From assembly GCA_032372955.1 (NCBI GenBank), contig GCA_032372955.1_4725.1: DNA of 64,000 nucleotides. One strand, 5' to 3'. Of this stretch, positions 17,371 to 28,478 are shown in pieces (position 1 is the stretch's first letter; every line of letters begins with the position of its first letter). The notes beneath the pieces were generated by a model that was not told where the DNA came from, made no database searches, and saw nothing but the letters and a program-made list of their open reading frames with translations. The position numbers and the translations under genes are program-made. This DNA comes from Escherichia coli (GTDB lineage: Bacteria; Pseudomonadota; Gammaproteobacteria; Enterobacterales; Enterobacteriaceae).

Positions 17371-20165
17371 GTATTCCAGTTATTACTCCCGACCACAACG
17401 AATTCGGCTTAGCAACCGATTACGGAGTGGTTGAAATGCGTCACGGTATGCTGATGGCGTTCCCTGACGAAGACATCCAAACCAGTGATGGTTCAAGCGT
17501 CGTCACCACCGAAGATCAGGAATTGGTTTCGTTCGACGTTAATGAATTCGTGGCTGCCGGTGAAGAAAACGTTCGTCTTCACGAACAATTAGTAACACGC
17601 GGTATTTCTCGTGCTGATGTACCGGAACTGCGTATGCGTCTTGGTGACGCATTCCCGAAACAACTGCCGGATGCTTTCTTCACGGAAATCCCATCGCGTA
17701 ACGGTGTTGAGTTAGTGCAGGAAGGATTCGTTGCCAAGGTCTCTAAACTGTTTGTCGATGGTGCGAAGAAAGTCTGGGAACTCATCAAACGTATCTGGAC
17801 ATTCGTCTTCGAATTCTTTAAGAAGACGCTGCAGAAAATCTGGAAACATTACGGCGGCACAAATAAATTTATCGCCACCACAGACGACATCATCCAAGAA
17901 GTCATCGACGCGTTAGGTGCAGATTATCCACGTTTCAAAGAAATGTTGGATAAAGAGATGACGGTTAACGACGTCTACAACGAACTTGCAGGATACGGCA
18001 GCGCGATTAACCTTAAAGAAATCGCTGACAAAAATCTGAAAGAGAAAGCGAAGTATACTGCAGAATGGCTGATGGACACGATCCCCGAAGTCGTCATTAA
18101 GTTCCAGCAATTCTCGGAAATGGCCTCATCGATGAGCCATAACGGGAACACCTTCTTAAATATTGTTCCACATATAGCCGAGATCAGAGAGTTCTACGAT
18201 TCGGTAAATCGGTTATGGGGTGTCCGACGCGGCACACTTGAAGCCATTGTTCCTCTCGTTGGTAAAAACGTCGGTGTTGTCGCCGCAGCCGATATCGTCG
18301 AAGAATGGGTACAGAAACACCAAACCGAACTTCACGATGGAAGCGTCATCCGCAACAACAAGGAAGCTTGGGTTCGTGAACTCCATGATAAAATGCATGA
18401 GCTCGCTGAACCGTTCACGGCTTTTAACGACATTAAGTTCGAAAAGACGCTGAAAGAAGCAGAGCAGATCTTCAAAGCAACGAAAGAAATGAATCCAACA
18501 GCCGATATCCGGAGCGGCGATATAGAGCTGTACGAGACGCATATGAAACTCTCGTATCAAGCGCTGTTTGCTTTTAGTCGTTTGATTTCAGCGATGTCCC
18601 GTTGGCTAATGGATATCCAACTCGCCCACATTCAGGTGGAACAGCTCGTTGCACGTTACCGTGCTTTCGAACTCAAAAACCATTTCATCATCCTCGAACG
18701 TGACGATGATTGGAAAATCATTTATCAGGCACTGAAAGCAAGAGCAGTGAAGCCCCTGAATGATTACAAAGAGAAATTCGATAAAGCAGCGGCTAAGCAA
18801 AAAGAAGATGCGAAGACACTCGATCCTGCTAAGAAGGAGATGCTTGCCCAGATGGTTGTCGATTTCTTTAAGTTCGAAAGTTTTGAAGACGATGTATCCG
18901 GCTGCGCTTATCTGACCGAAACAGACCGTCAGGCACGCAAAGATCTTGTTGAGATTGACGAAGCCATCTATCGGACTTCGCATCGTGGTGAGGTCAGCAA
19001 ACCAGATGAGCAGATCTATCTGGAACTGCGTGAACGGTATATGCCTGACCAGGCGTTAGAGCCGACCATGGAATCGTTCGGTATCATGAAGATGGCTGTT
19101 ATCGGTGTCATCATCACGACAGCCTATACAGCGATTCGTCGTCTGTTGCTCTGGATTATTGAACTCTTGAAGAAACGTGCTGATAGCGTAGCAGCCACCG
19201 AAAAAGCGGCCAACGACGCCATCAAGCAGGCGAAACGTAACGCGAACGTTTATGTTCCTGATGAGAATGTTCGTAAAGAGGTTGATAAAACCGAGGATAC
19301 CGACGCAATGCGTAACGTTGTTGGTGCGCCCAGCAAGTCGGTCTCTGACGTTCCATTAACTACCGAACAGAAACTTTCGGCTGTTTCTGCGATTGTTGAT
19401 GGTATCCGTAAGGAGATGGTGACCTCACCGGTGTTCGATCGTCTTCAGCAAGCGTGTACGTCTTTAACGTTAGGTTATTTCCAGGAAGGTAAGCTGGATA
19501 CTATTCTTCGTGAGATGCGCCGTCTGCGTCCCGATCGTATCGTGTATCTGAACGACCAGTGTAAAGAACTCGAAGGGGCATTAGAAGACCAGAAACGTGC
19601 TAAAGAAGGCGAGATTGCTCCGCGTCTGGCTAACCTGGCCGGTACCATGAAACAGGGTATGGAAGCGTACCGAATGCTGTATGACAATTCGCTGACTTTC
19701 CGTTTCAACGAGTTAACAACGTCTGCACACTTACCGCCGAAGGACTTTGCCGAATTCGGTGAGAAAGTACTGCAAAGCGGTACTCCTGTGTATCCGGACA
19801 CCAACGTACTTCAGCAGTTAGCAACCGCACTTGACGGCAACAGCTATCTGTTATTTACCCGTTCCGGTGACGAATTCAGCAAACTTGCTGACAGTAAGTT
19901 TAAAGAAATCGAAACACAGTTCCGTCGTTTAAATGACGTTGCTCGCCAGGTGAAAGCCATTCCGCAAGAAAACGCAACCGAGCTTCGCTCAACCGTTGAT
20001 TATATCAACGCACAGATTCGTGAAATCGCTGCGTGGTATAGCTTCGAAGAAGCCTTGCGTTCACGGGTGGACGGGTTAGTCACTGCGTATCGTGATTATG
20101 TTTTCGCGGAAGCAAAACTGATCAACGAGAAACTACAGAAAGCCGGTTTCGGTAAATTAGCGTAA
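17367..20165 (+). CDS. Large virion-associated protein (932 aa) with internal hydrophobic segment
   Basis: VQEGFVAKVSKLFVDGAKKVWELIKRIWTFVFEFFKK resembles the amphipathic motif of the 29973..36554 family; hydrophobic stretch IMKMAVIGVIITTAYTAI. Confidence 0.5.
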   Translation: MSIPVITPDHNEFGLATDYGVVEMRHGMLMAFPDEDIQTSDGSSVVTTEDQELVSFDVNEFVAAGEENVRLHEQLVTRGISRADVPELRMRLGDAFPKQLPDAFFTEIPSRNGVELVQEGFVAKVSKLFVDGAKKVWELIKRIWTFVFEFFKKTLQKIWKHYGGTNKFIATTDDIIQEVIDALGADYPRFKEMLDKEMTVNDVYNELAGYGSAINLKEIADKNLKEKAKYTAEWLMDTIPEVVIKFQQFSEMASSMSHNGNTFLNIVPHIAEIREFYDSVNRLWGVRRGTLEAIVPLVGKNVGVVAAADIVEEWVQKHQTELHDGSVIRNNKEAWVRELHDKMHELAEPFTAFNDIKFEKTLKEAEQIFKATKEMNPTADIRSGDIELYETHMKLSYQALFAFSRLISAMSRWLMDIQLAHIQVEQLVARYRAFELKNHFIILERDDDWKIIYQALKARAVKPLNDYKEKFDKAAAKQKEDAKTLDPAKKEMLAQMVVDFFKFESFEDDVSGCAYLTETDRQARKDLVEIDEAIYRTSHRGEVSKPDEQIYLELRERYMPDQALEPTMESFGIMKMAVIGVIITTAYTAIRRLLLWIIELLKKRADSVAATEKAANDAIKQAKRNANVYVPDENVRKEVDKTEDTDAMRNVVGAPSKSVSDVPLTTEQKLSAVSAIVDGIRKEMVTSPVFDRLQQACTSLTLGYFQEGKLDTILREMRRLRPDRIVYLNDQCKELEGALEDQKRAKEGEIAPRLANLAGTMKQGMEAYRMLYDNSLTFRFNELTTSAHLPPKDFAEFGEKVLQSGTPVYPDTNVLQQLATALDGNSYLLFTRSGDEFSKLADSKFKEIETQFRRLNDVARQVKAIPQENATELRSTVDYINAQIREIAAWYSFEEALRSRVDGLVTAYRDYVFAEAKLINEKLQKAGFGKLA

Positions 20166-20246
20166 TCATGCGTACCGTATAACCGTACGCGTTGTTCAAC
20201 CCTAGGTGGAGGCCAATAACCTCCACCTAGGTCAACGGAGTGTTTT

Positions 20247-23033
20247 ATGAACAAATACCTTAAAGCAGGGTTATCTTCCGCTGAAAATGGTTTATTGGTT
20301 CTTGAGTCATTGACAGAAAATATCAACGCTGTATCACATCCCACGATCCCTAGCAGTGTGGGTCTTGATGAGCTTCTGGCGTTGAAAGAAACGTTACATC
20401 GTGACAAACAGGTATCACGTCAACAACTAGCAATGCTGTCATATTCCCTTCCTGACGCAATGGAAGGTAAGCCGCTGGCATTATGGACCGAGTTACCTTC
20501 AACGACCGGTTTCAATGAAGCCTGCCGTGTTGTCGATAAAGCCATCGCGATTATCGGGGAACAGTTGAGAAACGCATCCGCCACGCAAGTAAAAGATCTT
20601 CTGGAGCAGGAGCTTACGCGTCTTGAAGAAAATGCGTCGTACGTTGACGATTTTACTGCATTGACTCAGGCGCATTCTGAACGTTTTTCTGCCATCCATG
20701 AAACATTGGGTGGTTTGATCGATCATCCAGACGTAAAAGAAGACCTCGCTATCGCTGTACAGAAATACGAAGGTAAGCTCGCACAGCTCTGGTCACCGAT
20801 TGTTGATCTGGTTGCGGTAACGCAAGCTCTGTCAGCGCTTTATGCCGTCGATCGCAAAATCCTTGAGCAAGCACTTGCATTACAGCCGTCTGGCAACGAT
20901 GGTGCGGATGAAGAGTACAACGTAGTTACTGCTGTTCCGTCGACCGATATCAATGTCCTTATGCCGTACTTCGACCAAGCGGGAAATCTCATCCCTACTG
21001 AATCGGTAGCGGCACCGAAAGAATGGGACGGTAAAACACTTCTCACCGTTTTAGGTACCGCGGTTTTCGCATCACGAATCATGCGTGACGTCGTGAACGA
21101 TTACCCAGAAACAGCGGCGTTGGTTAAACAACTGCTAGAACGCGTTGAATCTGCTCAAGCCGATGAAAATCTTGACAACATCGGTTATTTAGCGGTTATC
21201 GCACGTCTGCAAAATGCCCGTATCGTTTACCAGCGCATGTTAGTGCAATGTGTGCGTACCGTACTGACTTACGCTGAAGCTGTTGCTGAGCTTGTTATGT
21301 CGGTATCTGAGACCGCTACTGCTGTCCGTAGTGAAGAGCTTTGGGATAAAACTCAAGAAGAAATCGAAGCGGCTGACGGATACACACGTACCGATCTCGT
21401 GCAGGAAGGGTATGGCATCTATACCGCAGAAAGCGCGTGGGAAACGTTACGGCGGACGATGGAATACACCGTCAACATTCTAAAACGTTTGGTCGATTGG
21501 TTGGTTAAGAGCTGGCGTAATGGAAGTGCGAAAGCGGCGATCCAGCAGGCGGAGGCTAATAACAGTCAGCTTACGCGAGCTAAAGACGCTCTGCTTACCG
21601 AAGGCACGAAGAAACGCTTAGCATCGTTACATACCGTCGGTATTCAGACCATTGCGAAATATGCTGAAGCAGGAACGATCTGGTCGGGAGCGTTCAAAGG
21701 GGTTACCGACAATCTGGGTAACGTTGCGGCATTAATCAGCTCGGAAGTGAAAGAGCTATCGAACGGGCGTGAACTCGATCAGGATAAACTCGCTAAGATT
21801 CGTGAAGGTCTTGCTCTTGCATTCGAGAAAGGTAACTTCAATAAAGTTCTTCTTGGACACGATGGTATCACTATCGATAATCTCGCAAGTGAAATCCATG
21901 ACTACCGTGAAGAATTGAAGGATCAGTTCAAGGAATCCACGAACGAATCTATCGATGTGGATAAACTGATTCGATACAACGACGGTTGCCGTAAATTCCT
22001 GCAAGGACCAGTTACCGATGCACGTAACAAGGTCAGTGGACATGAGTTGGATAATCTGCTTACCATGTTGAACAGCATGATTCGTCAACAAGCCTCTTCG
22101 CCTGAGAATAAAGGTTTAGGGGCGTTGAAGAACGAAATCGTGAACGCACGTGACCTTGCTAAAGCCGCTGTGGATGTTCTCGGTATCGCACAATGGCTGG
22201 AAGTCCGGGCTAAGCGTTACATCAATGCTTTGAGTACAGTTGTCGATAAAGCAAACAGCGAAGCAGCAGCGGTTAGCGGATCGTTGAAACAGGAATCGTT
22301 CGATCTTAACGAAACTGTGCTCTCGTCCACCAATTACGATGTTTGTAGCGTCGCAGCCACGAGTCTCGCGGCAAACAGATTCCGCAACTCGCGTGACGAA
22401 CTTCGTCGTCATTATAACCAAGCCTTGGAGGCTGCGCTTCAAGTCTATAACCGGGCTGTTTATAACCGTGCTGTAATCGGACAACATCTGTTGGGTGTTA
22501 TGCCGCGGTTTACGGGTGTGTTCAGTAACTATCCGTGGACATTAGGCCTTGACCTTCAGGTGTCCAATCCTGTCGCGTTAAATGCGTTCTGTGAAAAGCT
22601 TTCGCGGTCTATCGAGCTCTATGGTGCAGGTACTGCCGACAGCATCACACAGGCGGTTGCTTTGTTAGATTCCACAGAACTCTGTTATGCGGTGGATCCG
22701 AACTATGAAGGCGAATCTGGTAACTCATCAGCTTTAGCAACGCATATGTTCGAATATCGACGTCTGGCAAAAGAAGCGTTGGAACCTCATAGCGACTTTA
22801 CCACTGAAGAACAACGGCGGGGATGGTACGCGACGTTCACGGACAGTTCACCATCATGGGAACCGGATAATACTCTCCAGGTGGTAACGGAAGATGTTGA
22901 TCCTTCGCTGATATGGGCATTCGCGTCTTTGTTCTGTGCTGCGCTGAATGCGTATATCGCATTGAAATACGGTACCGATCTCAAGGTGTACGGTTGGTTC
23001 AGCGAACAGCAGAACAGCAATAACGTAAGATAA
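20247..23033 (+). CDS. Large virion-associated protein (928 aa)
   Basis: Long ORF with ribosome-binding site; contains a W/K-rich amphipathic segment (VNILKRLVDWLVKSWRNG) like the neighbouring family. Confidence 0.5.
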   Translation: MNKYLKAGLSSAENGLLVLESLTENINAVSHPTIPSSVGLDELLALKETLHRDKQVSRQQLAMLSYSLPDAMEGKPLALWTELPSTTGFNEACRVVDKAIAIIGEQLRNASATQVKDLLEQELTRLEENASYVDDFTALTQAHSERFSAIHETLGGLIDHPDVKEDLAIAVQKYEGKLAQLWSPIVDLVAVTQALSALYAVDRKILEQALALQPSGNDGADEEYNVVTAVPSTDINVLMPYFDQAGNLIPTESVAAPKEWDGKTLLTVLGTAVFASRIMRDVVNDYPETAALVKQLLERVESAQADENLDNIGYLAVIARLQNARIVYQRMLVQCVRTVLTYAEAVAELVMSVSETATAVRSEELWDKTQEEIEAADGYTRTDLVQEGYGIYTAESAWETLRRTMEYTVNILKRLVDWLVKSWRNGSAKAAIQQAEANNSQLTRAKDALLTEGTKKRLASLHTVGIQTIAKYAEAGTIWSGAFKGVTDNLGNVAALISSEVKELSNGRELDQDKLAKIREGLALAFEKGNFNKVLLGHDGITIDNLASEIHDYREELKDQFKESTNESIDVDKLIRYNDGCRKFLQGPVTDARNKVSGHELDNLLTMLNSMIRQQASSPENKGLGALKNEIVNARDLAKAAVDVLGIAQWLEVRAKRYINALSTVVDKANSEAAAVSGSLKQESFDLNETVLSSTNYDVCSVAATSLAANRFRNSRDELRRHYNQALEAALQVYNRAVYNRAVIGQHLLGVMPRFTGVFSNYPWTLGLDLQVSNPVALNAFCEKLSRSIELYGAGTADSITQAVALLDSTELCYAVDPNYEGESGNSSALATHMFEYRRLAKEALEPHSDFTTEEQRRGWYATFTDSSPSWEPDNTLQVVTEDVDPSLIWAFASLFCAALNAYIALKYGTDLKVYGWFSEQQNSNNVR

Positions 23034-23043
23034 CAGCATATTC

Positions 23044-23082
23044 CCTCCTCCTTCCCTGACGGGTTGGAGGAGGGTTATGCTC
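23044..23082. terminator. Bidirectional terminator hairpin between convergent genes, with TTATGCTC motif
   Basis: CCCTCCTCC-ttccctgacgggtt-GGAGGAGGG, then TTATGCTCATGCTATTTTGTTTT; lies between 20247..23033 (+) and 23096..26089 (-). Confidence 0.6.
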
Positions 23083-23095
23083 ATGCTATTTTGTT

Positions 23096-26089
23096 TTAAA
23101 CACGAAGGCCTTGTGCTAGCGCTGAACTGTTGCTTTGTGCATGTTTCACAAAACTCACATCAATCGCTTCGCGTACGGACAGGATACCATCCGCTTTCAC
23201 ATAAAGCTCTTTCTTCACCGCACAACGAACACCATCGTTCTTCGCGGTATAAACACTGAGGTTCTTACCTGGTCCAAAATCATCGATTTCAACGTTAAGG
23301 ATGTCGTCACCACCCTCCTCACGAATCATCGCGATCATTTCTGCTTTAGCCACTGTACGGGATGTTAAGCATTCATTGATGACTTTCGATACCATCGCTT
23401 GAAGGACTTGACGTAAATCCAAGTCTGCGTATTGCTTAGCCGGTAAGTAAAGCGTCACGTTGAACGATAGGGCAGCAGGAAGTGTTGTTTCCAATCCGTT
23501 TTCCACAATAACATCCACGTACCCCAGCGATTGCTTAGGATACAGTGAAATCTCTGTTTCCTCATAACAGAAATTCCTGAACGTGCTGATATCGTTCTGA
23601 ATCCACTCAATAAGCTGTGTAGGAATCGTGTTACGATAGTCAATCACGTCTGTATCGTTCGCGAGCAGATACGACGCATCAATAAAGAACATGTCCAGGT
23701 TACGCAGAACCTCGCGTTCATCGACAGGGATCGGATTACCGTAATTATCTTTCATGATGTCGCCTTTCAGATAACGATAGGCTTGGCTTCCATCACTGTT
23801 TAATTTCGGGTCTCCTTTACGATGCAGGTATTTAACCGACAACGTACCATCATCACCTTGCTCGATGATAACCGAACCGGTCTCATCCGTCGCTGGAATG
23901 TCTTCGTCATACACCCACGGAATGTTCTCGGTGTAACGTTTATACGTAATCTCCGAGGCCACCGTACGAGAGCGCATCCAAAGACCGTCCAGATCATAAC
24001 CAAAGGTTGCGGTGAGACGTTCACGGTAGAAACAATACCCATTTTGAAGTGTGAGTTTCTTAACCAGGTAATTATCGGAAGCACTGTGTAAAATACCGTC
24101 GACATCTTCCGGTGCGTAATCCGTCACCACATGGAAGATTTCCAAATACTGCTGCAGCGATGCCCAATAATCCCGCGGTGTTGATTCATACATCGAGAAC
24201 GAAGTCAGTGCGATATACGGTTCATACGCCGTGGAATCATCGGCCAGGATCCGCGTAAAATCATAATTCGTGGTGATATCGAAGGTGAACAAACGACGAC
24301 CTTGTTCATCGGTTGTCGGTGACGCTAACATCGTTGCGTAATCACCCTCACCCCGCGGATTGAACCCCAGCTGTATGTGCACGTTTTTATCGTCGAGCGC
24401 CTTCCATGCGTCGTTACCTTCTACAATGAGGCTTAGACGATACCCTTCAGCGATACGATCCAGACGGTATCCGGTCACCATAGCGGTTAACGGGATTGTC
24501 TCGTTCGCGTCGAGGAATGCTTGTGTGCCGATCTTAGGGGCATCCAGGTAATAAGCATGGATGTCGAAATCGCTTGTCGAATCTAATACGTAATGAAACG
24601 GGCTGTAAAACAACATGGCGTTGTTTACCGCATTCAACTTCGCATCGGAGTTGCCTGCATTAATACGGTCAATTTCATCGTCTGACAACAGCGCGATACT
24701 TCCGTTACTGTCGCGATACAAGCAATCGGGTTTAATCGTAATACGATCGCCGTTATCAGCGACAAACTTACTTTTCACCAGTGCTGCAGCTGACGTATAG
24801 AAAGACCCCATCAACGAACCGGCTTGCGGTACGCTGTCGCTCAATTGCGGTAAATCTCGGGTTGCCAGGAACGAACGATTTGTTACGTTATCGATGGTGG
24901 TCACCATCCCGTAACCCGCATCTTGAAGCACCAGCTCTACCTGCGTTCCTGTGATTGGCACCTTGGTTTTGTTCACGCCTGCCATAACGCGTTCACGTTG
25001 TTCCTCGAACGTTAATGCAGATCGTCCACCCGACAATGCCCCTTCACTATAAATCCCTTTAATGTTGAATGCACTTAGCGGCGCACTGTATTTCTGTTCG
25101 GCTTTTGGTGACAAATCGATGTAATTATCTTTCCAATCGGTCACGTCGTAATCAGACGGGTCGACGCTGATTTTCCCTTTCGTCGTCAACACCTCGAGTC
25201 GAATGGTGCTTTTATCCATCGTACCTTGAGACAAATAAATTTCAGGAACACGCCAGTTAAGTTTGTTCCCTTCTACTTGTAACGCGATAGTTGGTGTTAA
25301 CGGATCGTAGATCTGTTGACTGTGCGTTGTCGCTATCTCCGTCCAGGTATCGTTATCTGACGACATGTACGCACGACAATGGTAAAACTGATCTTCGAAG
25401 GTAATGCTGCTGTTCATCCCGTGAACGCTGTTAAACGGCACATCTTTTACCAGCGTTTTAAACTGGAACAGCGGGATACGCATCACCAACACTTTACCCG
25501 CTTTTACACGAACAACCCCATACTCAACTTGGTTACTCTCCAAGGTTTGCAGCGGGCTGATGTTATCAGTGTTATAAACGACACGGATCTGGTCGTGCGC
25601 TTGTACTTGGATTTCGATGGGATAATGCAATCCGAAATCCATTCCGGCTACCGTAAACGCCGTCGTACGTGGTATCACTAACTTACGGCTGTAAGAACGG
25701 CTTAAATCATCGGAGGCGGCGGTGTTTGGAATCTCTACAGCGCGATCGAGGATTTCCTGATACCCTAACGAATAAATGATTTCCGTTTTACCCGGCATTG
25801 CGAAACGTCCGACGTACGACTCGTCATACATCCAACGATAGAGCTGGCTCCAGTTGGTTGCAAGCTTCGGATACAGTTCGCGAACACGGGACTCATCTCG
25901 CGCGTTCTGGTTCGCAGCCGTTGCTGTTGCAACCTCCAGCAGATAAACAAACGGACAGCTGGGGTCAACCAGGGTTAACTCGCCATCAGAGGCCAAACGG
26001 ATCATATCGCTTGCAACAGCCTGCATTTCAATAGGTGAAAGCATGTAGCGATTGAGCTGTTCAGCAAGATCTTTGTTGGTTACGCTCAT
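23096..26089 (-). CDS. Hypothetical large protein (997 aa), probably structural
   Basis: Long ORF with GAGGG ribosome-binding site; no enzymatic motif recognised. Confidence 0.55.
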   Translation of the reverse strand: MSVTNKDLAEQLNRYMLSPIEMQAVASDMIRLASDGELTLVDPSCPFVYLLEVATATAANQNARDESRVRELYPKLATNWSQLYRWMYDESYVGRFAMPGKTEIIYSLGYQEILDRAVEIPNTAASDDLSRSYSRKLVIPRTTAFTVAGMDFGLHYPIEIQVQAHDQIRVVYNTDNISPLQTLESNQVEYGVVRVKAGKVLVMRIPLFQFKTLVKDVPFNSVHGMNSSITFEDQFYHCRAYMSSDNDTWTEIATTHSQQIYDPLTPTIALQVEGNKLNWRVPEIYLSQGTMDKSTIRLEVLTTKGKISVDPSDYDVTDWKDNYIDLSPKAEQKYSAPLSAFNIKGIYSEGALSGGRSALTFEEQRERVMAGVNKTKVPITGTQVELVLQDAGYGMVTTIDNVTNRSFLATRDLPQLSDSVPQAGSLMGSFYTSAAALVKSKFVADNGDRITIKPDCLYRDSNGSIALLSDDEIDRINAGNSDAKLNAVNNAMLFYSPFHYVLDSTSDFDIHAYYLDAPKIGTQAFLDANETIPLTAMVTGYRLDRIAEGYRLSLIVEGNDAWKALDDKNVHIQLGFNPRGEGDYATMLASPTTDEQGRRLFTFDITTNYDFTRILADDSTAYEPYIALTSFSMYESTPRDYWASLQQYLEIFHVVTDYAPEDVDGILHSASDNYLVKKLTLQNGYCFYRERLTATFGYDLDGLWMRSRTVASEITYKRYTENIPWVYDEDIPATDETGSVIIEQGDDGTLSVKYLHRKGDPKLNSDGSQAYRYLKGDIMKDNYGNPIPVDEREVLRNLDMFFIDASYLLANDTDVIDYRNTIPTQLIEWIQNDISTFRNFCYEETEISLYPKQSLGYVDVIVENGLETTLPAALSFNVTLYLPAKQYADLDLRQVLQAMVSKVINECLTSRTVAKAEMIAMIREEGGDDILNVEIDDFGPGKNLSVYTAKNDGVRCAVKKELYVKADGILSVREAIDVSFVKHAQSNSSALAQGLRV

Positions 26090-26092
26090 TTA

Positions 26093-27298
26093 TTATCCCT
26101 CGTAATTTTGCGGAATGGTGGTTCGGACAAGATCGCGACTGAACGTATCCGGTGGTAACGCTGACGGCTCAAGATCCAGATAGAATTCGTTGTAATCATC
26201 GGCGGGTACGAACCAAAGAAGCTCTGAGGTCAACGGATGAATAAATGGATACATATCGACACGATACGACATGATTCGACGCTCGTAGGGTGAGATAGGT
26301 ACCAGCTCCTCATCTTCAAGGAACGTACGGGTATCGTTCTCACCGTAATAGAACATCAGGACAAGGCGATTGAATTCATCCTTCAGAATTTCATCGAATG
26401 CGTTGTTACCAACCGCTTGGTATGGGATAGTGATACGTTCGTTATCTTGCGTGAAGGGTTTATCGATGCTGTAGTTAGCCATATTACCAATCGGTAACCC
26501 GACAGGAAACATCGCGGTCGGTGCGAAGATATAACGAACATACATCCCAGTTGGATCCAGGATGATGCGATAACATCTTGTCCAATAATCCATTTCATTG
26601 TCGATGATGGCCTGAGGGCTTGGCGTCAGTTCGCCATTATGCACGCCTGCGATGTAAATCAACCAAATATAATGAAGGAACATGATAGGGTTACCCATGA
26701 TGTTCTTGAACGTCGCGTTCAGGTTATAGGGCTGGAACATATCCACTGAACCGTCAGCCATCACAACGGTTTCTTGACGTAATCCCGGTTTACCCTGGTA
26801 AACCTGCATTTCCATGTCATTGAAACCGCTGATATCCGTTAGGTTGTCCGTCAGTATACTTATGAATGGATTGCGCTCATCGACGATGGCACGTCCTCGA
26901 TGATTCCGCTTTCTGGCACCCACAGGGTCCAAGTAGTCGCGGACAACAGCCTGAATACTGTTAGGGTTATCCGTACGTAACGACCACAAACGTCGATCTC
27001 GTTTTAAGTTCGCGTCGGTAAGATGTAAATTAGGTCGTGTAAAGAAGGTAATACCGGCATGATCGCGGTTAATCGGGATCGGACTGTTACCCGGAATAGG
27101 TGACACATTCCGATACCGTCTGGCGATACTGTCCTCGTATGTCCCTTGACCGACACTGGTACGAATATTCTTCCGCGCTATTGCCCAATCCGAATCAGTG
27201 AATAACACCGCATTGCCCGCTGCCTCCACAGCTTCGGGTGTTAACGACGCATTATTCTCCTGAATGGTTTGAATAGCTTGGTCGTAGTAATTAGACAT
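26093..27298 (-). CDS. Hypothetical protein (~401 aa)
   Basis: ORF 26093..27331; first ATG at 27298 is preceded by AAGGAAAG; the track start is TTG. Confidence 0.55.
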   Translation of the reverse strand: MSNYYDQAIQTIQENNASLTPEAVEAAGNAVLFTDSDWAIARKNIRTSVGQGTYEDSIARRYRNVSPIPGNSPIPINRDHAGITFFTRPNLHLTDANLKRDRRLWSLRTDNPNSIQAVVRDYLDPVGARKRNHRGRAIVDERNPFISILTDNLTDISGFNDMEMQVYQGKPGLRQETVVMADGSVDMFQPYNLNATFKNIMGNPIMFLHYIWLIYIAGVHNGELTPSPQAIIDNEMDYWTRCYRIILDPTGMYVRYIFAPTAMFPVGLPIGNMANYSIDKPFTQDNERITIPYQAVGNNAFDEILKDEFNRLVLMFYYGENDTRTFLEDEELVPISPYERRIMSYRVDMYPFIHPLTSELLWFVPADDYNEFYLDLEPSALPPDTFSRDLVRTTIPQNYEG

Positions 27299-27332
27299 TT
27301 TCTTTCCTTTATTTGTAAATAAGGATTTCAAT

Positions 27333-28439
27333 ATGGTAGCATCAGAAATTGCCGACGCTGTTAACGTTGTTGCGTCCGGTATCGCTAAAGTCTACGAAGT
27401 TAATAAACTTATCCAGCCAGGTTCGCTGGTTGAACTCTCACAACCTTCACGCGTTATCGCGCCGTTGATCTTTGAACGTGAGTTGTATTATAGCGACGCA
27501 CGCAATGCGTTAGGCAACTGCATGCGCACCGCTGAAAACATGTATACCGGGTTCTATTTACTGGCGTTGAATACCATCATGCAGGTGGGTAATATCAGTG
27601 TCGATAAAACGCTGGGTCGTGTGAATCCAAACCGTAACGCTAACCTGACGGATAAGGCTATTAAATTAGCGCTGGAAAGTGCGGATAGCAAAAGCCTTGT
27701 TTTCCTTGATGACAAAGGATTCAACCTGCAGGGGAAACAAAAAAATAGCCTCGATGTTGGAGCCAGCGACGCGGCGATCGAACTGCTGAACAAAGATGCG
27801 AACGCGGTCACCGGTAAGTTCTTAACCGTGACGCTGACCGATGGTCAGGCAACGATGAAAATGCCGTTGAACATCAGCATGCGTATCGCAAGTTCCCCAG
27901 CGGAAGTGCTTGCATCTATCTTAGCGATCGGTGGTCCACAGAACACCTGGCGAGCACGTTGGCATCGCATGATGGCGGGTGAGCTGTCTTTCTGGAGCGA
28001 TATGATCCTGCTTAGCGATCTGGTTCGTGAACACAAACGAATCTCACGCATGGATAAAGAGGGTATCCGTAAAGCTGTTAATGCTGCGCGCATCAATGCC
28101 GCAAAAGCTGCAGCGAGCACAAAGATCCCTTCTTCTGGAGCCATCGCCTCCACCTATATCATCTCTAAGGCTAACCAGGAAGCCATCGAGCGTAAGATCG
28201 GACGTCGTTTATCTGACTATACCACACGTCAGAAAGTCATGGCTGAAGCCCTCGCAATGCAGTTGATCATCATCGACGAAGCTGAAGAGATGGTGACCTT
28301 CTATTTCCACAGCTTGGATCAAGGAACCACCGTAAGCTTCAAGCAACTGGAAAAATCCAACAGTTCGTCAACCTCGGGTTCCGATCTTCTGACGATCCTC
28401 CAGGCGCTCCGTACCGGAAACGTCCCACAGATTCGTTAA
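27333..28439 (+). CDS. Hypothetical protein (368 aa)
   Basis: ORF with AAGGATTTCAAT before the ATG; divergent from 26093..27298. Confidence 0.55.
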   Translation: MVASEIADAVNVVASGIAKVYEVNKLIQPGSLVELSQPSRVIAPLIFERELYYSDARNALGNCMRTAENMYTGFYLLALNTIMQVGNISVDKTLGRVNPNRNANLTDKAIKLALESADSKSLVFLDDKGFNLQGKQKNSLDVGASDAAIELLNKDANAVTGKFLTVTLTDGQATMKMPLNISMRIASSPAEVLASILAIGGPQNTWRARWHRMMAGELSFWSDMILLSDLVREHKRISRMDKEGIRKAVNAARINAAKAAASTKIPSSGAIASTYIISKANQEAIERKIGRRLSDYTTRQKVMAEALAMQLIIIDEAEEMVTFYFHSLDQGTTVSFKQLEKSNSSSTSGSDLLTILQALRTGNVPQIR

Positions 28440-28478
28440 TACACGCAACCTGTTTCGAAATAGCATAGGTGCTCACTC